From: Candidatus Shapirobacteria bacterium
GTDB taxonomy: Bacteria; Patescibacteriota; Microgenomatia; UBA12405
Direction: 5' to 3'
Length of the DNA stretch: 56,130 bases
NCBI GenBank assembly: GCA_003542615.1
Contig: DPKG01000001.1
Coordinates: 1-56,130, forward strand
Both the position numbers and the translations under genes were made by a program. The number at the start of each line of letters is the position of its first letter. The first letter of the stretch is position 1. The notes under the pieces are model-generated. The model was not told the DNA's origin, made no database searches, and was given only the letters and a program-made list of their open reading frames with translations. Below, piece after piece: positions 28,108 through 39,899 of this stretch.

Positions 28108-28182
28108 GGGCCATTAGCTTATCTGGCAGAGCATAGCATTCGCATTGCTAAGAGGGCGGTTCGACTCCGCCATGGTCCACCA
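28108..28182 (+). tRNA. tRNA-Ala (anticodon CGC), CCA encoded
   Basis: Hand-folded cloverleaf: acceptor GGGCCAT/ATGGTCC with the G3:U70 alanine identity pair, anticodon arm TAGCA-TTCGCAT-TGCTA, T arm GCGG-TTCGACT-CCGC, then ACCA. Confidence 0.85.
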
Positions 28183-28258
28183 AACCCAAATTTCTTTTAT
28201 AATTGCTACCCAAAGGTCGCTGTACACACTTATACAAACTTGAACTTTTTCCCCAAAA

Positions 28259-28378
28259 ATGCCATACTCTCATATGAAAACTGATCATGTTACTATGGTA
28301 AAAAATATTGCTCGGTTCAATACCTTCCTCACTATTTTTCTCCTGTTTATCAGTGCTTTTATCCTGATTATTTTCTAA
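28259..28378 (+). CDS. Possible 39-aa small membrane protein
   Basis: Hand-translated MPYSHMKTDHVTMVKNIARFNTFLTIFLLFISAFILIIF. One hydrophobic helix. No other support. Confidence 0.15.
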   Translation: MPYSHMKTDHVTMVKNIARFNTFLTIFLLFISAFILIIF

Positions 28379-28416
28379 AATATTTAAATCCGAACCGTCA
28401 AAAACGTCCTAACATC

Positions 28417-28719
28417 ATGACCAAATCTTCAGATCCCACCCCACTTTTCCAACATTTGGACAAGCTCAAAGAAACCATATCCAAACGCCAAAAATACGTC
28501 AAAAACGAACATCAAGCTTATGGTTTGCAATTGGCCGAAGAACTCCATGATTGGAAAAACCGATCTCTCTACATCCGATTAGCCAAAACTCTCGACCGGG
28601 AAATTTTAGAAAAAGCCAGATATTTCGTCAAAGACCATTCTCCCGGCACTATCAAGACACCTTACAAACTTTTTATGTGGAAACTACGACAAATTCGTCT
28701 AGAAAATACTAAATCATAA
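28417..28719 (+). CDS. Hypothetical 100-aa basic, helical protein
   Basis: ORF only. No family recognised. Confidence 0.45.
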   Translation: MTKSSDPTPLFQHLDKLKETISKRQKYVKNEHQAYGLQLAEELHDWKNRSLYIRLAKTLDREILEKARYFVKDHSPGTIKTPYKLFMWKLRQIRLENTKS

Positions 28720-28760
28720 AACTTAAAAAAGTAACTTTTTGATGTATAATATCCTGTTTT

Positions 28761-29801
28761 ATGAAATCTATCCAAAAATATAAAAATAAACTTATCATTG
28801 CAGTTCTAATAGTTATTGCCTTAATTATCGGCATAAACTGGAACAATAACCGGAAATTCAGCGACCCCTCCGTCTTTAATCCTCAAAAAGACACTATCGT
28901 CACCGTCAAAAAAAGTGCCATTAAATCCGAATTAACTCTGGCCGGTTCCGTCAGTGCCGAAGAAATTGCCTTACTTCGTTTTCAAAACCCCGGCAAACTG
29001 GTTTGGGTTGGTGTCAAAGTAGGGGATAGTGTCAAAAAATGGCAGGCCGTTGCTTCCCTCGACAAAGAACAACTCAGAAAATCTCTTCAAACCCAATTCA
29101 ACAACTACCGCACCCAACTTAGTCAATTTTGGGACACTCAAGACAATTATAAAGACACCATAATCTCTGACACTATTCAAAGGATTTTAGACCGTACTCA
29201 ATATTCACTGGATAATTCCGTCATTAATTACGAAATCGCCGACATGGCCATTAAAGAAAGCACTCTTGTATCTCCCATTTCCGGAATCGTCACCCAAATA
29301 GACCAAGCCCAAGTCGGTACCAACATCAGTCCCGCTTCAACCTCAATTACCATAATTAATCCCGAATCCATTTTTTTCCGATCAGAAATCGATCAGGAAG
29401 ATGTCACCAAAATTAGCATCGGTCAGAAAGCCACTATCAGAATTGACGCCTTCCCCGATACCGATTTTGAAACTGAAATTACCCATATTTCCTTTATTCC
29501 CGTAGCCGGTCAATCTTCCACTGTCTATGAAATCCGTTTCAACCTTCCTATCGAAAATAAAAACCTAAACTACCGTTTGGGAATGGATGGAGATGTTCTC
29601 ATCACTCTCCAACAACAAGAAAACGCCTTAGTTATCCCCATTGATGCTCTCAATGATGACAACGGAAAAAGTTATGTTTGGGTCAAAAATGATGACAAAT
29701 TAATCAAAAAATACATCACCACCGGTATTGAAAATGACACTGAAATTCAAATATTAAAAGGCCTAAATTTCAATGACCCGATTGTTATCAAAAAAATCTA
29801 A
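28761..29801 (+). CDS. HlyD/MacA-type membrane-fusion (periplasmic adaptor) protein
   Basis: N-terminal TM, barrel-sandwich lipoyl-like motif (KVGDSVKKWQAVASLD), and a coiled-coil region. It sits upstream of MacB-like ABC genes. Confidence 0.75.
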   Translation: MKSIQKYKNKLIIAVLIVIALIIGINWNNNRKFSDPSVFNPQKDTIVTVKKSAIKSELTLAGSVSAEEIALLRFQNPGKLVWVGVKVGDSVKKWQAVASLDKEQLRKSLQTQFNNYRTQLSQFWDTQDNYKDTIISDTIQRILDRTQYSLDNSVINYEIADMAIKESTLVSPISGIVTQIDQAQVGTNISPASTSITIINPESIFFRSEIDQEDVTKISIGQKATIRIDAFPDTDFETEITHISFIPVAGQSSTVYEIRFNLPIENKNLNYRLGMDGDVLITLQQQENALVIPIDALNDDNGKSYVWVKNDDKLIKKYITTGIENDTEIQILKGLNFNDPIVIKKI

Positions 29802-30486
29802 ATCCACACAGCCTGTCCTGGAATTAAAAAATATTGTCAAAACCTACACCTCAGGCAATACCACTTTCAATGCCCTTGACGGTGTCTCTGTCTGCATCAA
29901 TCGGGGTGAATTCGTTTCTATCACCGGACCTTCCGGATCGGGAAAATCAACCCTCATGCACATCGTCGGCTTGCTGGATAATCCCACATCCGGCCAAGTT
30001 CTACTTGAAGGACAGGACATTTCTCATTTTAACGAGGAAGAATTAGCCAAAACCAGAAACATTACCCTCGGTTTTGTATTTCAACAATTTAATCTCCTTG
30101 CCAAAACTTCAGCCATCGAAAATGTCTCATTACCACTTCTTTATTCAAATGTCCCAAAATCAGAAAGACTCCCCAAATCCATTGAAATGTTAAAAAAAGT
30201 CGGATTAGGCGATAAATTAAAAAATACTCCGGCTCAACTTTCCGGTGGTCAACAACAACGTGTCGCCATCGCCCGGGCTCTTATCAACGATCCCAAAATT
30301 ATCATGGCTGATGAACCAACCGGCAATCTCGACTCAAAATCCGGCAAGGAAATTATGAATATTTTTCACCAGCTCCATCGGGAAAACCGAACCATCATCC
30401 TGGTTACCCATGATATGGAATTAGCCAAACAAGCCCAACGCATAATTATTATCAAAGACGGCAAAGTCACCAGCAACCCATGTTAA
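29773..30486 (+). CDS. ABC transporter ATP-binding protein (MacB/LolD type)
   Basis: Walker [10 protein letters not shown], signature [15 protein letters not shown], Walker [13 protein letters not shown]. Confidence 0.9.
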   Translation: MTRLLSKKSKSTQPVLELKNIVKTYTSGNTTFNALDGVSVCINRGEFVSITGPSGSGKSTLMHIVGLLDNPTSGQVLLEGQDISHFNEEELAKTRNITLGFVFQQFNLLAKTSAIENVSLPLLYSNVPKSERLPKSIEMLKKVGLGDKLKNTPAQLSGGQQQRVAIARALINDPKIIMADEPTGNLDSKSGKEIMNIFHQLHRENRTIILVTHDMELAKQAQRIIIIKDGKVTSNPC

Positions 30487-31700
30487 AACCATCCCTTGAA
30501 GATCTTATCCGCAGTTCTTTTCGAAGCGTCTTAAAAAATAAAAGCCGCACTATTTTGACCTCCCTAGGTGTCATCATTGGCGTTACCTCAGTAATTTTAT
30601 TAACCTCAATAGGTAATGGTCTAAAAACTTATGTTAATCAACAATTTGAAGCTTTAGGCAGCAACACTATTTTTGTCAGTCCCGGAAGAATATTTAATGA
30701 GCAAGGTGGCTTTGATAGAAGCGGTGCCGGTGGCTACATTTCCACCAGTTTTACCCAAAAAAATATCAATGATCTTAAACGTCAACTAAAAACAAATTTG
30801 GTCATACCCATGACAACTGTCTCATCAGAAGTCAAATCCATCTCTGGTAAAAAAAATGTCAGTATCGTCGGAACTACCTATCTTTATGGTCCCAACAATA
30901 ATGCCGAACCTTCAGCAGGAAATGGACGTTGGTTTACCAAAGAAGAAGAGGACAAAAACAGTAAAGTTGCCGTATTGGGTTACGATATCGCCAACGAACT
31001 TTTTCCAAACGGCAATGCCTTAGGTAAAAAAATTATTGTTAAAAGTAAAAATCTTAAAGTTATCGGTGTCAACGACAAAAAGGGGAGTAGCTTTGGCGGA
31101 CCAAGTGTCGATGAGTTTATTTATATTCCAATTGGTATCGCTTTCGACATAGTTGGTAACGAAAACATTCAAGAAATCATCATCAAAGCTCCCGACAAAA
31201 GTCAAATCGACAATTTTAAAGAGAGAACCACCGAAGTCCTTTTAAAACGTTTTGACAAAGATTCGTTTTCTGTCTTTGATTCCGCTCAATTACTCAATTC
31301 CATCAACGCCATTATTGGTACCTTAACCATTGCTCTTACCGGAATTGCCGCCATTTCTTTAGTAGTCGGAGGTATCGGAATTATGAATATCATGCTGGTC
31401 ACAGTTTCAGAAAGAACCAGAGAAATCGGACTAAGAAAAGCCATCGGAGCTTATCCCAGAGCTATTTTACTTCAATTTCTTTTTGAAGCTGTAATTCTTT
31501 CCGGAGTCGGAGGTTTTATTGGTATTATTCTTGGAACTCTGGGAACTTCTGCCATCAACAATTTCTTTCCAGCCAAAATCACTCTCGGTTCTATTACCCT
31601 AGCTTTCGGTGTTTCATTTTTAGTCGGAATAATTTTTGGAGTCGCCCCGGCCCGCAAAGCTTCCAAACTTTCACCGATCGAAGCCCTTCGCTACGAATAA
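30480..31700 (+). CDS. ABC transporter permease, FtsX/MacB family
   Basis: 406 aa: an N-terminal TM, a large extracytoplasmic domain, and a C-terminal FtsX-like 3-TM block (ERTREIGLRKAIGA). Confidence 0.85.
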   Translation: MLKPSLEDLIRSSFRSVLKNKSRTILTSLGVIIGVTSVILLTSIGNGLKTYVNQQFEALGSNTIFVSPGRIFNEQGGFDRSGAGGYISTSFTQKNINDLKRQLKTNLVIPMTTVSSEVKSISGKKNVSIVGTTYLYGPNNNAEPSAGNGRWFTKEEEDKNSKVAVLGYDIANELFPNGNALGKKIIVKSKNLKVIGVNDKKGSSFGGPSVDEFIYIPIGIAFDIVGNENIQEIIIKAPDKSQIDNFKERTTEVLLKRFDKDSFSVFDSAQLLNSINAIIGTLTIALTGIAAISLVVGGIGIMNIMLVTVSERTREIGLRKAIGAYPRAILLQFLFEAVILSGVGGFIGIILGTLGTSAINNFFPAKITLGSITLAFGVSFLVGIIFGVAPARKASKLSPIEALRYE

Positions 31701-31718
31701 TCTGCTAATATTATTCTA

Positions 31719-32282
31719 GTGAAAAAAGAATTAACCCTACACCTGGTCCCGTTAACCATAGTTTTTTTGATTACTTCTGTTTTTTGGTTACTCTCAAAAG
31801 TTAATTTTATCCAATATATATCTTTGTTTATTGGTTTGGGATTAGGTTCATTTTTTTTAGATATTGATCATTTTATTTATTGGTTTTATACCCACACCAA
31901 CCTCCAGGAAAGTCGCATTGCCAAGGCTGCTTTCAAACGAAACGATTACAAATCTCTTCTTGGTTTACTCGCTGCCACTCATAAAGGTCACGTTGACCTG
32001 ATATTTCATCATTACTTTTTTCAAATTTTACTGCTAACTATTTCCCTCTATGTCTTTTCATCCACCAGTACCATTTTTGGCAAAGCTTTTTTACTTGCCC
32101 TAAATATCCACTTATTAGTCGATGAATTTACTGATTTTAAAGAAAACCCCAAGCATCTGCAAAACTGGCTTTTTGCCCGGTCCCCAAAACAAATACCCCA
32201 ATCTCACCTCCAACAATATTTGTTTTTCTTCACATCTATTACTTTGGTTTTTTTCTTTCTTCTTATAAAATCTAGAGCATGA
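31719..32282 (+). CDS. Hypothetical polytopic membrane protein (possibly YdjM/DUF457-like metal-dependent hydrolase)
   Basis: Multiple TM helices and His/Asp clusters (LDIDHFIYW, THKGHVDLIFHHY). GTG start. ATGA overlap with the next ORF. Confidence 0.45.
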   Translation: MKKELTLHLVPLTIVFLITSVFWLLSKVNFIQYISLFIGLGLGSFFLDIDHFIYWFYTHTNLQESRIAKAAFKRNDYKSLLGLLAATHKGHVDLIFHHYFFQILLLTISLYVFSSTSTIFGKAFLLALNIHLLVDEFTDFKENPKHLQNWLFARSPKQIPQSHLQQYLFFFTSITLVFFFLLIKSRA

Positions 32283-32767
32283 CCGTTGACACCTCTCTCT
32301 TTCAACAAGCCCAACAATATCTATTTAACTCCCAACAAAAGGAGTTTTTGAAAGATATCGAAATCATTCTTCAAAGACTTGGACAAGAAGATAGTATCAG
32401 TGATTATTCTTTTATTGTTTCTCCTGCCGCCAAAGCCTACGAAGGTTTTCTGAAAGATTTTTTCTTAAAAACCCATATCATCGACCAATATTCCTATGAA
32501 AGTGATCGTTTCCGTGTCGGCAAAACTCTCAACCCTTCTCTTCGGTACAAAAGATATTCCATTTATCAAAAACTTGCCAACATCCATCAAGAGGGTGAAG
32601 AATTGGCTGAAATCCTTTGGAGTGCCTGGAAACGTGGACGAAATGAAATTTTTCATTTTTTCCCGGGAACCAGCCACAATCTCGACCGAGCCGATGCCGA
32701 AGAAAGAATTAACCTTATCCTCAAAGCCATTATTAAAGCCGGCCAATTCCAAAAGCAAATTATTTAA
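32279..32767 (+). CDS. Hypothetical helical protein with a HEPN-like RNxxxH motif
   Basis: 162 aa with WKRGRNEIFHF at residues 117-127 (nt 32639-32656 encode RNEIFH). Translationally coupled to the upstream membrane protein. Confidence 0.5.
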   Translation: MTVDTSLFQQAQQYLFNSQQKEFLKDIEIILQRLGQEDSISDYSFIVSPAAKAYEGFLKDFFLKTHIIDQYSYESDRFRVGKTLNPSLRYKRYSIYQKLANIHQEGEELAEILWSAWKRGRNEIFHFFPGTSHNLDRADAEERINLILKAIIKAGQFQKQII

Positions 32768-32778
32768 ATAAACAACTT

Positions 32779-32787
32779 TGGTATAAT
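32779..32787 (+). promoter_or_regulatory. Extended -10 element TGGTATAAT upstream of the ferredoxin gene
   Basis: The 12-mer ctttggtataat is repeated exactly at 34084-34095. Confidence 0.4.
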
Positions 32788-32809
32788 CATCAAACTGTTA
32801 AATAAACCC

Positions 32810-33022
32810 ATGGCATCATCTACCAAAAAAATAATAGTCAACCGGGACACCTGTATCGGCTGCAATAGCTGTTGTATTATCGACCCTGAAACCTTTGAAC
32901 TGGACACTACCGAATATAAAGCCAAGGTCATCAAACAACCCCAAGGTGACATCTCTGAGAATACCAAAACTGCCATATCGGCCTGTCCGGTCGGCGCCAT
33001 CAGTATTGTCGACGATAACTAA
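32810..33022 (+). CDS. Small ferredoxin (single Fe-S cluster type)
   Basis: 70 aa: CIGCNSCC ... ISACPVGAI. Confidence 0.8.
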   Translation: MASSTKKIIVNRDTCIGCNSCCIIDPETFELDTTEYKAKVIKQPQGDISENTKTAISACPVGAISIVDDN

Positions 33023-33087
33023 ATCAAAAAACAATTTGATTTATAAAAAAAATTCCTTATACTGATAACATTGCTCATCAGATAAAC

Positions 33088-34074
33088 ATGATTAAAAAAA
33101 CCAAAATATCTAAAATTCCCACCCAAGGTCTGATTTTTTTCAGCACTATTTCCACCATTCTTTCTTTTTTTCTTGGAACTTTAGCCTTTAAAATAAAATC
33201 TAATACCACCTCTATTGCAAAAGAACCCAAAAAAACCCAAATCGTTTTTGCCGCCGAAAAATCCACCAAACCGGAACTTAAATTTTTTGTCATGAGTTTT
33301 TGTCCTTACGGAAATCAAGCTGAAGAAGTTATCAAACCCATAGCCCAACTATTGGACAACAAGGCCACTTTTACCCCCTTATATATTTTTGAAAAAGTTT
33401 CCGGAAATCTGACCGATTATTGTAAAACCCGTACCGGTAATCCCGATCTTTGCGAGCAATATGTAGCCAACAGCAATGGCCAACTCAAAAATATCGCCGA
33501 ATGCCAACAGCTTATTTCTGACCAAATCAAACAATGTACGGATGAAACTAATTACCTAAAATTAGGTAATAATTTTTACTCATCTCTTCACGGTCGTCAG
33601 GAAGCTACCCAAAACATCCGTGAAATTTGTGCCTTCAATCTTACTTCAGACAAAACAAAATGGTGGAATTTTATAGATAATGTCAACACCAATTGCACTG
33701 CCGACAACGCCGATTCCTGTTGGCAGGCTCAGGCAAAATCAGCCGGACTTGACACCAACAAAATCACCGATTGTTTCAATAAAAATGCCTCCTCAATTAT
33801 TGAATCTCAAATAGTTGAAACAGAAAAATTCCAAGTCAATAGCTCTCCGACCATCATGGTTAACGATATTATTTTCCCGCCGGAATCAGCCTATACTCAA
33901 GACGGTACCGGCGCCTTAAAAATCGGCAAAACGGTAATTAGTCAAACTAAATATCGTACTCCCGACGCTATCAAACAAGCCATTTGTGCTTCTTTCAATA
34001 AAACTCCAAAAGAATGTAAAACTGTTTTACCTGAAGTTAACACCGCTCCTGCCGCTGCCGCTGGTTGTAACTAA
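33088..34074 (+). CDS. Membrane-anchored thioredoxin-fold (DsbA-like) protein with a CPYG active-site variant
   Basis: N-terminal TM; FFVMSFCPYGNQAEE at the usual CxxC position; later VNSSPTIMVND (cis-Pro loop-like); many additional Cys. Confidence 0.55.
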   Translation: MIKKTKISKIPTQGLIFFSTISTILSFFLGTLAFKIKSNTTSIAKEPKKTQIVFAAEKSTKPELKFFVMSFCPYGNQAEEVIKPIAQLLDNKATFTPLYIFEKVSGNLTDYCKTRTGNPDLCEQYVANSNGQLKNIAECQQLISDQIKQCTDETNYLKLGNNFYSSLHGRQEATQNIREICAFNLTSDKTKWWNFIDNVNTNCTADNADSCWQAQAKSAGLDTNKITDCFNKNASSIIESQIVETEKFQVNSSPTIMVNDIIFPPESAYTQDGTGALKIGKTVISQTKYRTPDAIKQAICASFNKTPKECKTVLPEVNTAPAAAAGCN

Positions 34075-34086
34075 TTACCTTAACTT

Positions 34087-34095
34087 TGGTATAAT
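34087..34095 (+). promoter_or_regulatory. Extended -10 element TGGTATAAT just upstream of the SpoU methyltransferase start
   Basis: TGGTATAAT at 34087-34095; TTG at 34101 and ATG at 34104. Confidence 0.4.
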
Positions 34096-34100
34096 CTGAC

Positions 34101-34649
34101 TTGATGAAACTCAATGCCAAACAACTCCGTCAAAGTCGGGTAGGGGACTCTCTTCAAAAACAAAAACAACTTCAACGTAACCCCATTGTTTTAGTCCTCG
34201 ATAACGTCCAAGATACCTACAATATCGGTTCCTTTTTTCGTTTGGCAGATGCCATCGGTGCTCAAAAAATTTATTTATGTGGCCCCGTCGTCACTCCTCC
34301 CAACATCAAAATCCACCGAAGTAGTATTGGCACTTGGAAATGGATTCCTTGGCAACACTTTGACTCCACCACTGACTGTGTCAATCAACTTAAAAAGTCA
34401 GGATATCAAATAATTGCCTGTGAGCAATCTCAAAATAGTATAAAATACTCCCAAGCCAAATACATATTTCCCTTAGCCATCATCGCCGGCAGCGAATCTC
34501 ACGGCATTTCTGCCAATGTGCTTAAACTGGTAGATCAAATTATTGAAATTCCAATGCACGGAATCAATATCTCTCTCAATGTATTAATTGCCACCGCCGT
34601 CATCAGTTTTCAATCCTTGACAAAAGTTTCTTCAGACCCCACCAAATAG
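34101..34649 (+). CDS. SpoU/TrmH-family RNA 2'-O-methyltransferase
   Basis: VLDNVQDTYNIGSFFRLADAIGAQKIYLCG ... AIIAGSESHGIS ... IPMHGINISLNV. The start may be the ATG at 34104. Confidence 0.85.
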   Translation: MMKLNAKQLRQSRVGDSLQKQKQLQRNPIVLVLDNVQDTYNIGSFFRLADAIGAQKIYLCGPVVTPPNIKIHRSSIGTWKWIPWQHFDSTTDCVNQLKKSGYQIIACEQSQNSIKYSQAKYIFPLAIIAGSESHGISANVLKLVDQIIEIPMHGINISLNVLIATAVISFQSLTKVSSDPTK

Positions 34650-34766
34650 CAACAAACTATATCAATTTTCTTACCTAAAAATAGGACTTTTCCCTCCAAA
34701 AAATAGACTCATTTTTAGGGTTTTTAACACACTTTATTTACCCTATCCTTCCATATATTTTGCTTA

Positions 34767-34795
34767 TTGTCAAGCTAATTTAACTCTGTTACAAT
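34767..34795 (+). promoter_or_regulatory. Candidate sigma70-type promoter for gyrBA (TTGTCA-17-TACAAT)
   Basis: ttgtca at 34767-34772, a 17-nt spacer, and tacaat at 34790-34795. It lies about 75 nt upstream of the gyrB ATG. Confidence 0.5.
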
Positions 34796-34830
34796 GAAAC
34801 TGATTCGAAATATGGAAAAATCAATTATAA

Positions 34831-36819
<1,989 letters not shown>

Positions 36820-36822
36820 ACT

Positions 36823-39462
36823 ATGTCCGAAGATAACAACAATACTTCCATCAACAAAGCTGTTCATATCGAAAATGTCGGCAAAGTTTTTAACATCGAT
36901 ATAGTTCCCGAAATGGAAAGGTCTTATTTGGACTATGCCATGAGCGTCATCGTTCAAAGAGCCCTTCCTGATGTCCGTGACGGTCTCAAACCAGTTCATC
37001 GCCGCATAATTTTTGCTATGAACCAAATGGGACTATCAGGATCCAGAAACTCCAAATCTGCCAAAGTTGTCGGAGAAGTTTTAGGTAAATATCATCCTCA
37101 CGGTGATATGTCTGTCTATATGGCCATGGTTCGTATGGCTCAGGAATTTTCCCTTCGTTACCCTTTGGTCAAAGGTCAGGGAAATTTCGGTTCAATCGAC
37201 GGCGATCCTCCGGCTGCCATGAGGTACACCGAAGTCCGAATGGACAAAATTTCTCAAGAAACCATCGCCGACATCAATAAAGAAACTGTTGATATGACCG
37301 ATAATTTTGATGGCACTCTAAAAGAACCTTCCGTCCTTCCCAGTCGTATTCCCACTCTTCTTTTAAATGGCGCTGACGGTATTGCTGTTGGAATGGCCAC
37401 CAAAATACCACCTCACAACCTCAAAGAACTCTGCCAAGCTATCGATCACATATTGGACAACTCTCAATTAGAACTCGTCAAATCGGAAGATTTAATTGAC
37501 ATCAAACCCATCCTAAAAACTGTCAGCACTACCGACATCGTTCTCAAAGACATCTATGAATTAGAAAAGAAAACCTTCAATCTCGATACTACCTCAACCG
37601 TTGAAGATTTAGCCAAATTTGTCCAGGGACCGGATTTTCCCACTTCTGGCGAAATTTACGGTAAAACCGGTATTATCGAAATGTACAACACCGGTCGTGG
37701 CAAGTTTGCCATTCGTGGTAAAACCAACATCGAAGAAACCAGGTCCGGTAAAGTCAGAATTGTCATCACTGAAATTCCTTACCAAGTCAACAAAGCCGAA
37801 CTGGTTAAAAAAATTGCCGACCTGGTCAGAGACAAAAAAATTATCGGTATCTCCGATCTCCGCGACGAATCCGATCGTCACGGTATTCGGGTAGTTGTTG
37901 AAATCAAAAAAAATGGCCGACCCAAATCAATTCTCAATAAACTTTTTAAATACACCTCTCTCCAATCTTCCTACAGCGCCAACATCCTCGCCCTAGTCAA
38001 CGGAGTACCTCAAACCCTTAATCTTCGTCAAATGTTATTACTATTTTTAAGACACCGGGAAAATATTGTCCGACGCCGGACCATTTTTGACCTAAAGGGC
38101 GCCAAAATGCGATCCCATATTCTTGAAGGACTCCACAAAGCACTCGATATTCTCGATCAGGTTATTGCCACCATCAGAGCCTCTGCTGACGCCGACGACG
38201 CCAGAAACAATCTAATGTCCAAATTTGGTTTTACCGATCTTCAGGCAAACGCTATCCTGGAAATGCAACTGCGAAAACTGGCAGCCCTGGAAAGACAAAA
38301 AATTGAAGACGAATTTAACGAGATCAAAAAAATAATTGAAGATTTAACCTCAATTATTACCAAACCTGCTGTCATGATTAAAGTTCTTAAAGATGAAAAC
38401 AAGGAAATCACCGACAAATATTCCGACCCTCGTCGTACCAAGATTTATATCCGTGGACTTGAAAATTTCACTGAAGAAGACCTGATTGCCAACGAAAGAA
38501 CCCTGGTCACCATTACCAAGACAGGTTACGTCAAACGTGTGTCCAAAGAGACTTACCGCAGCCAAAACCGTGGCGGTAAAGGAGTTGTCGGTATGGCTAC
38601 CAAAGACACCGATGAAATTGAAAACATCCTATCCGTCAACACCCACGACGATCTGCTTTTCTTTACCAACAAAGGTAAAGTCTTCAAAACAAAAGTCTGG
38701 GAATTAAACGAAAGTTCCCGCCAATCCAAAGGTCAAGCCATCATCAACCTCATCAATATTGACCAAAACGAATCAGTCCAGGCTGTATTACCCATCGGCA
38801 AAGACAATGAAGCCAAACACATTCTTTTGGCCACCAAAAACGGTGTTGTCAAAAAAACATCAATCAATCAATTCAAAAATATCCGTCAAAGCGGCCTAAC
38901 TGCCATCAAACTCGACCCCAAAGATGAACTTGTCTGGGCCAAACTTACTTCCGGAAATGATCAAATCTTTTTAGTCACCCACAACGGTAAATGTATCCGC
39001 TTTTCTGAAAAAGACACCAGACCCATGGGTCGTCATACCCGCGGGGTCCGCGGTATTCTCCTCAAAGAAAACGATTATCTAGTCTCTATGGATGTAATAC
39101 CGGAAAAGCTGGAAACTTCCCAAAAATCAGACAACAAATCCTTCCGACATCTTTTGGTCGTTACCGAAAAAGGAATTGGTAAAAGAACTGATGTTTATCA
39201 ATACCCGATTCAAAAAAGAGGCGGAGTCGGAGTCAAAGCCTCAAATTTATCCGATAAAACAGGAAAAATATCAGTTGCTCAGGTAGTTTCCGAAATTCAT
39301 GACCAGATAATTTTAGTCTCCAAAAAAGCAGTCACCATCAAACTTCCTCTAAAAAACATACCAATATTAAACAGAAATACCAAAGGAGTCATCTTAATGA
39401 GACTAAAATCCAACGAAGACAGTGTCACAGCCTTGACTATAATCGAACTTATTCAACAATAA
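36823..39462 (+). CDS. gyrA: DNA gyrase subunit A
   Basis: 879 aa: [24 protein letters not shown], catalytic AAMRYTE, and C-terminal beta-pinwheel repeats. Confidence 0.95.
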   Translation: MSEDNNNTSINKAVHIENVGKVFNIDIVPEMERSYLDYAMSVIVQRALPDVRDGLKPVHRRIIFAMNQMGLSGSRNSKSAKVVGEVLGKYHPHGDMSVYMAMVRMAQEFSLRYPLVKGQGNFGSIDGDPPAAMRYTEVRMDKISQETIADINKETVDMTDNFDGTLKEPSVLPSRIPTLLLNGADGIAVGMATKIPPHNLKELCQAIDHILDNSQLELVKSEDLIDIKPILKTVSTTDIVLKDIYELEKKTFNLDTTSTVEDLAKFVQGPDFPTSGEIYGKTGIIEMYNTGRGKFAIRGKTNIEETRSGKVRIVITEIPYQVNKAELVKKIADLVRDKKIIGISDLRDESDRHGIRVVVEIKKNGRPKSILNKLFKYTSLQSSYSANILALVNGVPQTLNLRQMLLLFLRHRENIVRRRTIFDLKGAKMRSHILEGLHKALDILDQVIATIRASADADDARNNLMSKFGFTDLQANAILEMQLRKLAALERQKIEDEFNEIKKIIEDLTSIITKPAVMIKVLKDENKEITDKYSDPRRTKIYIRGLENFTEEDLIANERTLVTITKTGYVKRVSKETYRSQNRGGKGVVGMATKDTDEIENILSVNTHDDLLFFTNKGKVFKTKVWELNESSRQSKGQAIINLINIDQNESVQAVLPIGKDNEAKHILLATKNGVVKKTSINQFKNIRQSGLTAIKLDPKDELVWAKLTSGNDQIFLVTHNGKCIRFSEKDTRPMGRHTRGVRGILLKENDYLVSMDVIPEKLETSQKSDNKSFRHLLVVTEKGIGKRTDVYQYPIQKRGGVGVKASNLSDKTGKISVAQVVSEIHDQIILVSKKAVTIKLPLKNIPILNRNTKGVILMRLKSNEDSVTALTIIELIQQ

Positions 39463-39558
39463 TTTATAGGCTATTTTTCACAAAAAAAGTCTAAATTTTC
39501 ACCCAAAAAGATAATAAAATACATTTTCTGCCGTTCTTTAGGGTATATTATTTATCTC

Positions 39559-39587
39559 TTGACTTGTTATACCAAACTTTCTATTAT
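39559..39587 (+). promoter_or_regulatory. Orphan sigma70-like promoter (TTGACT-17-TATTAT) with no ORF downstream
   Basis: ttgact at 39559-39564, a 17-nt spacer, and tattat at 39582-39587. It points into about 300 nt of non-coding DNA and then the 3' end of the recombinase gene. Confidence 0.4.
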
Positions 39588-39899
39588 ATAAATAGTTGTT
39601 GTGTCATCAGACTTTTTTAAAAAAAACACTATCACCTTATAACCTTAAAAGAGGCATTTAAATAAAAAAGTCCGTTTTAAAAATATTTAAGCATTGGATA
39701 GGGGACAAAGCTGTTACTATAGGACCATACCCAAGCACAATGTCATTTTAGCAGTCTTTTTTACTGTCTGTTAATCTGTATTGGAATTCTAGTATTACCC
39801 TAAATATCGGAAATATAAAATTTCTCAATTCATATTATCTCAAACCCTCAATAGGGGAGTCGGACCAATGAAAAAGGGGGTAACTATAGGACACACCAC

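Noticed and set aside
39590-39899. tmRNA, RNase P RNA or SRP RNA in the non-coding stretch after gyrA
   Set aside because: I could not find the conserved cores. There is no GGAAAGTCCGG-type P4 sequence, no tRNA-like TTCGA T-arm with an ACCA end, and no GGAAGCAG-type SRP domain IV motif.
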